Both the position numbers and the translations under genes were made by a program. A DNA stretch of 64,000 nucleotides. Origin: Lama guanicoe. Taxonomy: Eukaryota. Of the stretch, positions 59,292 to 64,000 are shown piece by piece. Location of the stretch: assembly GCA_013239625.1 (NCBI GenBank), contig MU057102.1:496001-560000 (forward strand), in the 5' to 3' direction. The notes under the pieces were generated by a model. The model saw only the letters and a list, made by a program, of their open reading frames with translations, made no database searches and was not told the origin of the DNA. The stretch's first letter is position 1; each line of letters opens with the position of its first letter.

Positions 59292-60384
59292 CCTCTCCCA
59301 TTTTTAACTCAAAAGGGACACAGCGCTGTTCTTCCCTGGCTCCTCTCCCTGAGCAGCCATCTCAGCCCCCTGCCCCTTCTCTAGTACGCATCCCCCCACC
59401 TGGACGGCTGCGTGGTGTCCCCGTGGTGGCTACGCACCGGCGAGTGGCCGGCCTGCAGGTTATTTCTGGTCTTTAGCTGTTATTAACAGTATCTCGGGCA
59501 GTGACTTTGGACAGCCATCAGTCCACGTGCACAGGGACTTCCAGAGAAGTGCTCTCCAGGGTGGCCGGGCCACGGTGGATGGGCTGTGGTTCTGCAGGTG
59601 CTGTATCCTCGCCGCAGCACGCCCGAGGCTCCTTCGTGAGCGGTTCCGTTCCCGCCCCTCCTGCCTGCGGCTCTTCCCCTCCGTCGTGGTTCAGCCTTTA
59701 CCTCGCTGGACTCACAGCTTCCCGAGTGCAGATAACGAGGACCCCAGGGCCCACCCGGGCCTGACTGGTGGGAGGTCTCCAGCCTCAAGACTTAGGCCCC
59801 AGAACAGCTCTGCTGTTGGGTGAGGAGTCTGCCGAGCCCTGCGTCGCCCCCCGGCACAGACGAGCACGCTGGGGGATACGAGGCAGGTCTGAGGCTCAAG
59901 GCGGGGAGGTGCCCACGGGCCTCACATGCGGCCAGCCAGTCAGCTGCCCTCCCGCAGAGGCCCTGGCCGGGCTGAGGCCGCAGCCCCGGGTCCTCCAACG
60001 GGGCTTCGCGCGGGAGGGTCACCCTCACGTCCTTGCTTTCCTCACCACCAGCTGTAGGTCAGCCTCTTTGCCCAGAGCAAGGGACCCTCACTGAGGACCC
60101 ATGTCCCCTCTGCAGGGGACTGTGCACCTCGTGACATGTAACTGGGCTGCGTCCAGACCCCTCTGGGGCCCCTGGAGGGCGTCTCTTGAGAACAGGTGGT
60201 GTCTCTCGTGAAACTGCTCAAGTTCCCAGTTCACTGTGAGCATTTGGGTGACTTTTCAGGCAATGACATCATCTTGTGTCTTGATGATCAGCCCTCCTCC
60301 CGGGACAGCGCGGTACAGGTTTTAAAATCCTTTGATATCCGTCCTTTGATACACTGTCCCCTTTCAGTGAGGTGAGGGAAGGTG

Positions 60385-60490
60385 GAGCAGGGATTTTCCC
60401 TCCATTTTTTAGATGAGTAAACTGAGACTCAAAGGCACACAGGGTTTGCGCAGGCGCTGGGGCATAACCAGCAGTGGGGCAGATGTAACA
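60385..60490 (-). mobile_element. MIR SINE core
   Basis: tccattttttagatgagtaaactgagactcaaag. Confidence 0.75.
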
Positions 60491-61059
60491 AGCCAAGGCC
60501 TTCTATACCACAGGCAGCTCCCACTACACCAGCCCCCACTGGGGCCCAGCAAGACCCCCATGGCCTCTCTGAGATGCTCATCCTTTCTGGAACAGGATGT
60601 AAGATGCCTTGGCTGGATCAGGCCTCCACAGAGGCTCTCCCAGGAGGGTGCCTTTAGCTCCAAGCTTAGTAAAGGAAGCATCCTTGGTGTGTGGGTGTAT
60701 CAGCAGTCTCTCCATAAAATCTTATGTGGAGATCCCTGAGCGTGGGTTGCATGTAACCCTTTCTGCACATGAATGTGTGTTTACAGAGAATGGAACACAT
60801 ACCTACACCTTGGCAGTGCTCTTGTGAGCATCCCGGAAGCTTATGTGCAGAGGGAATGTCACTGTCAACAGGCCCTGGGGATGCTGGCTGGCTTTTTCTC
60901 TGTGGATCTTCATGCCTGGCAAGTTGAGAGATTAGACTGTTTGTTGAATGAATACTCGAAGTCACCATAAAAAAATCTTATTCTCTGCCTTCTTTTCTGA
61001 CCTCCCTTTTTTTCTTCCTAACATATGATTCCTGATGTGTTTTACTTGTTCTCTCATCC

Positions 61060-61205
61060 AAGGCCCACCATGGACAAGCTGTTATGATCTTGGGGCCATT
61101 GTGTTCTTTCTGTTTCTCGGTTTGTTCATCTGTCATGAGGCATTTGGTGCATGTAAGATGTGGAGTGAGTGCTGTATAAGCATTTGCTGTTATTACTGTC
61201 ATCAC
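61060..61205 (+). mobile_element. MIR SINE fragment
   Basis: agctgttatgatcttggg...ctcggtttgttcatctgt...gctgttattact. Confidence 0.6.
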
Positions 61206-61559
61206 TGGATGTTTCGGGGAAAGCCCCTGCCCTCCTTCCCACCCTCAGCATCTCTCCTATGAGGGGCACTATACCACTATGCAGACCCAGGAGGAGGGTT
61301 CTGCCAGGTGGCATGTCTACCACATGGCCCTGGGATGGATCCTTCCCCTTTCTGGCCTCAGTCCCAAGGTGGGCTCCTAAACCCATGAGTTCTGGTGTTC
61401 CAAGATGATAGAAAGTCATACACATTCCACAGTCAACTTTCACAGCTGGACAAGTGGACTGGTGAGGTGGGGGTGGGGAAAGGCCACACCAGGAGACGGT
61501 CTTGCCTTTTTGGAGCCTATTTTCAGTTAATTAATTCACTCAGTAGCAAGAGGCAGACG

Positions 61560-61790
61560 GTACAGAGGGGCAGAGGAGCGTTCTAAGTACAGATATCAGC
61601 ATATGCAAAGGCCCTGGGATGACTGAAAATCATGGCAGTGAGCACGTACCTGAGTATGGTGTGTGTCTGCTGCCAGGTCAGTAGGAACAGGTCAGCAGCA
61701 TGAGGATGGAGAGGACAGTGCCCTCTTGAGTGATACAGGGAGATGCAGCTTCTCATGTAGTTGAGCAAGTGGGGCCCCAGGACTTCTTAA
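61560..61790 (-). mobile_element. L2 LINE body fragment
   Basis: gttctaag...cagcatatgcaaaggccctggga. Confidence 0.55.
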
Positions 61791-61804
61791 GGGTGAGGAC
61801 CTGC

Positions 61805-61937
61805 CAGTGCAGCTTCTCCAAGGTTAAAACACAGATTCTCAGCAGGTCTGGGGTGGGGCCTCACCCAGGTTCTGAATTTCTAGGAGCTCCTGGGGAGCCT
61901 GTGTGGCCGGACCAGACCCCACTGGGAGCAGCAAGGC
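61805..61937. mobile_element. MER5-like hAT-Charlie MITE
   Basis: gttaaaacacagattct...caggtctggggtggggcc...atttctagg.gctcctgggg...cagaccccactgggagcagcaagg. Confidence 0.7.
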
Positions 61938-62111
61938 CCCAGACTAGACCACGCTGTAGCCGGCCCTGCCCTGCTTGGCCTGGAGGATATCAGTGATATA
62001 GGGGGGCCTTCTAGGTCCTCACAGGTCAACTCTGAATTTTCCCTTTTTCTGTTGGGAAGTTGATTTCAGAGTTCACAATTAGCCCAGAGTTCTTGCTGCC
62101 TTCCCCCACGA

Positions 62112-62142
62112 TTTTTTTTGTTTTTGTTTTTGTTTTTGTTTG
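62112..62142 (+). repeat. (TTTTTG)n microsatellite
   Basis: ttttttttgtttttgtttttgtttttgtttg. Confidence 0.9.
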
Positions 62143-62689
62143 GTGCTGCGGGCTTACTGACTGACAACGGAGTTGAGCCTGAATATGTGTTATTTTTTTC
62201 TGATTATTCTTGAGCTCTTGGAAGGCACACAAGTGTAAGGCTGCTTCAAAGTCCTTTCCCGCTGGCTGTTTTGAAGGTCAGGGCCCTAAACTGGAGGTGA
62301 TCTGGGTGTTTCTTGTCCCAAGAGGGGCACATTTTAGGTGGCAGCTCTGAGCTCCCCTAATGGCAAACTTGGTGAAACCCACGCAGGTGCCGGGGTTGAA
62401 CCGGCTCCCAGCTCAGCACCCGGCCCCTGCAGGAGCCCATGCCTCTGGTCGGCAACGCCGTGCTGACTCCGACCTGGCTGAATGCCGCCTGAGGGGAAGA
62501 GGCGCCTCTGACTTCCCATCAGTGGTGATGTTCTTGTAAATCTGACCCAGGATTATAGAAAAAGCTGACCTCAAAACATGCCAATGGCCGCTCGGGGGCA
62601 GGGCCTTAGCTCCCGCTTCTGTGCCCTGATTTCTGGTATAAGTTTGTGTGGATGGACATCACCCTCCCAGCAGCCCAGTGATGTCTACG

Positions 62690-62760
62690 TGAATCAGCCT
62701 CGTCTCACAGATGAGGAAACTGAGGCTCAGAGGGTTTAACTGGCCCGCCAGGGTCGTCCC
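62690..62760 (-). mobile_element. MIR SINE core
   Basis: cacagatgaggaaactgaggctcagagg. Confidence 0.8.
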
Positions 62761-63631
62761 ACTGCTCTGCACCCACCTTGTCTTGTTTTAATGTGTCTGA
62801 GAAGCTGTCAGCAGCACCAGTGGGACCTGACAGGGAAACGGAAACAGTGATCGCTGCCTGCAGGTGGGGCGCTCACTGCGCGCCGTTGGCCTCCGTCAGC
62901 CCTGGGTGCCGAGACTCGCCCCAAACCAGCCTCCCTTCAGAGTGACAGATCTGTTAATGACACATCGGGGTTCTCAGCTGGTGGGCGTGGCTTCCTCCAG
63001 CTACCAGGCTGTTACCATAAGCCCGTTCTAGGAGCTTTGAGACCCAGGCCTAGCACCTGTTGCAAAGAGAATCTAACAAGCTCATTGGAGAGAAGAGAGA
63101 AGAGCGTGTTGAATGACTCACCACTGGGTTTGGAAAGGAATGGTGGAGCGGAGGCAGGAGACAGGCTGCTGGTGATGGGGGTGGGGGCTCCGCTGCCCAC
63201 CCAAGGGTCTCTCCTTGAGCTGAGCGTGGACGCCAGGGTTTCCTTTTCTTGTTAAGGAGCGAGCCCTCGGCCAGCCTGTACTGAGGGAGCAGGCTGATGC
63301 GGTCCACCTGGCCCGTCCCTGGAATAACTCGAGGGGCAGTGGGTGTGATGGCTGGGCCCTGGACGGAGCTCTCTGGGGACTGGGGTCTGCCCCACTGAGC
63401 CCTTTCCCCATTTCTAGTGTGAGGCACTGGGTGAAACTGTCCCAGGTTCCCATGGGTTCAGGTTTTCCATCTGATGCCCACATGGGCCTCCTTCCTTGGC
63501 CTGCCTTCCTGGCTTCCCTGACCAGGGAGACGGAGTGGAACTGGGTGTTCAACAGACAGGCTCTCTCCCATGCATCGGGGGGGCCAGAGGGGCACTGAAA
63601 CTCAGGAACGTCAGAGGAGTGGACAGACGCC

Positions 63632-63801
63632 TGGGGACCAGCTACGATATTCACAGGGTCCAGTTCATAACAAAAATTGGGGCCCTTGTTCAGACTTTTT
63701 AATGAATTACGATGACAGCAGAGCATTAAACCCAGGGCAGGGGCCCCTGAGCACAGGGCCCAGGCGTCCGCGCGGGTTGATGCCGGCCACCAGCCCGGCT
63801 G
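63632..63801 (-). mobile_element. MER45A-like hAT-Tip100 element
   Basis: ggaccagctac...ggggcccttgttca...gacagcagagcattaaacc...ctgagcacagggccc is the reverse complement of the family seen at 20124-20328. Confidence 0.8.
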
Positions 63802-64000
63802 CCAGGTTGGGCTCTGGCTGGGTAAGGAGGTGGGGTCTCACGCCCACCGGATCCTGAGCTTCCTCCCCTGAGGGCTAGGGTGGGCATGGCCTGAGGGAGT
63901 CTCGGGCCTTAAGGGCAGGGCGTGTCTCACAGCCCTGGGGGGTGTCACTGGGGTCAGAGGCAAGCGGTCCAGGCGGAGGGGCTCTGGGGGGGCCGCAGGC

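Larger units (their letters stand above)
58915..59680 (-). mobile_element. Old L1ME-type 3' UTR (GC-shifted), interrupted by younger insertions
   Basis: ggttcaaa...aaggtttttatattccc; cggctgcgtggtgtccccgtg...aggttatttctggtctttagctgttattaacag. Confidence 0.55.

Noticed and set aside
20124-63801. Two MER45-like elements in opposite orientation as ends of a composite transposon
   Set aside because: They are 43 kb apart, differ in structure, belong to an abundant ancient family, and show no shared TSD.
1-64000. CRISPR array, operon or other prokaryote-style system; naming the host gene
   Set aside because: The sequence is mammalian and repeat-laden with no repeat-spacer array. No exon was recognised, so any gene name would be a guess.

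Overview
Mammalian genomic DNA, GC-rich by eye, with one assembly gap (151 N at 14485-14635). It is most likely from a camelid, judged from a tRNA-derived SINE at ~59101-59210 and a lineage-type L1 3' end at 19126-19270. I found no credible protein-coding exon, RNA gene or CRISPR array. The ORF track looks like noise from GC-rich non-coding DNA, and the only protein-like motifs are decayed L1 and L3/CR1 ORF2 remnants. The window is a mosaic of old repeats (MIR, L2, L3/CR1, L1M, MLT1 LTRs, MER5/MER45/MER102-type hAT elements) and about a dozen repeat-free, AT- and TAAT-rich blocks that resemble conserved enhancers. Every L1 and LTR I could orient lies on the minus strand, which suggests a long intron of a plus-strand gene; I could not identify the gene. 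The clearest structural finding is an L1-mediated 3' transduction at 19001-19280: a 15-bp TSD, two A-tails, two AATAAA signals and ~100 bp of foreign sequence. Several old AT-rich repeats appear rewritten into CpG-rich sequence. Repeat names come from recalled consensus sequences, and boundaries are approximate unless stated as exact. I see no evidence for a new multi-gene system.
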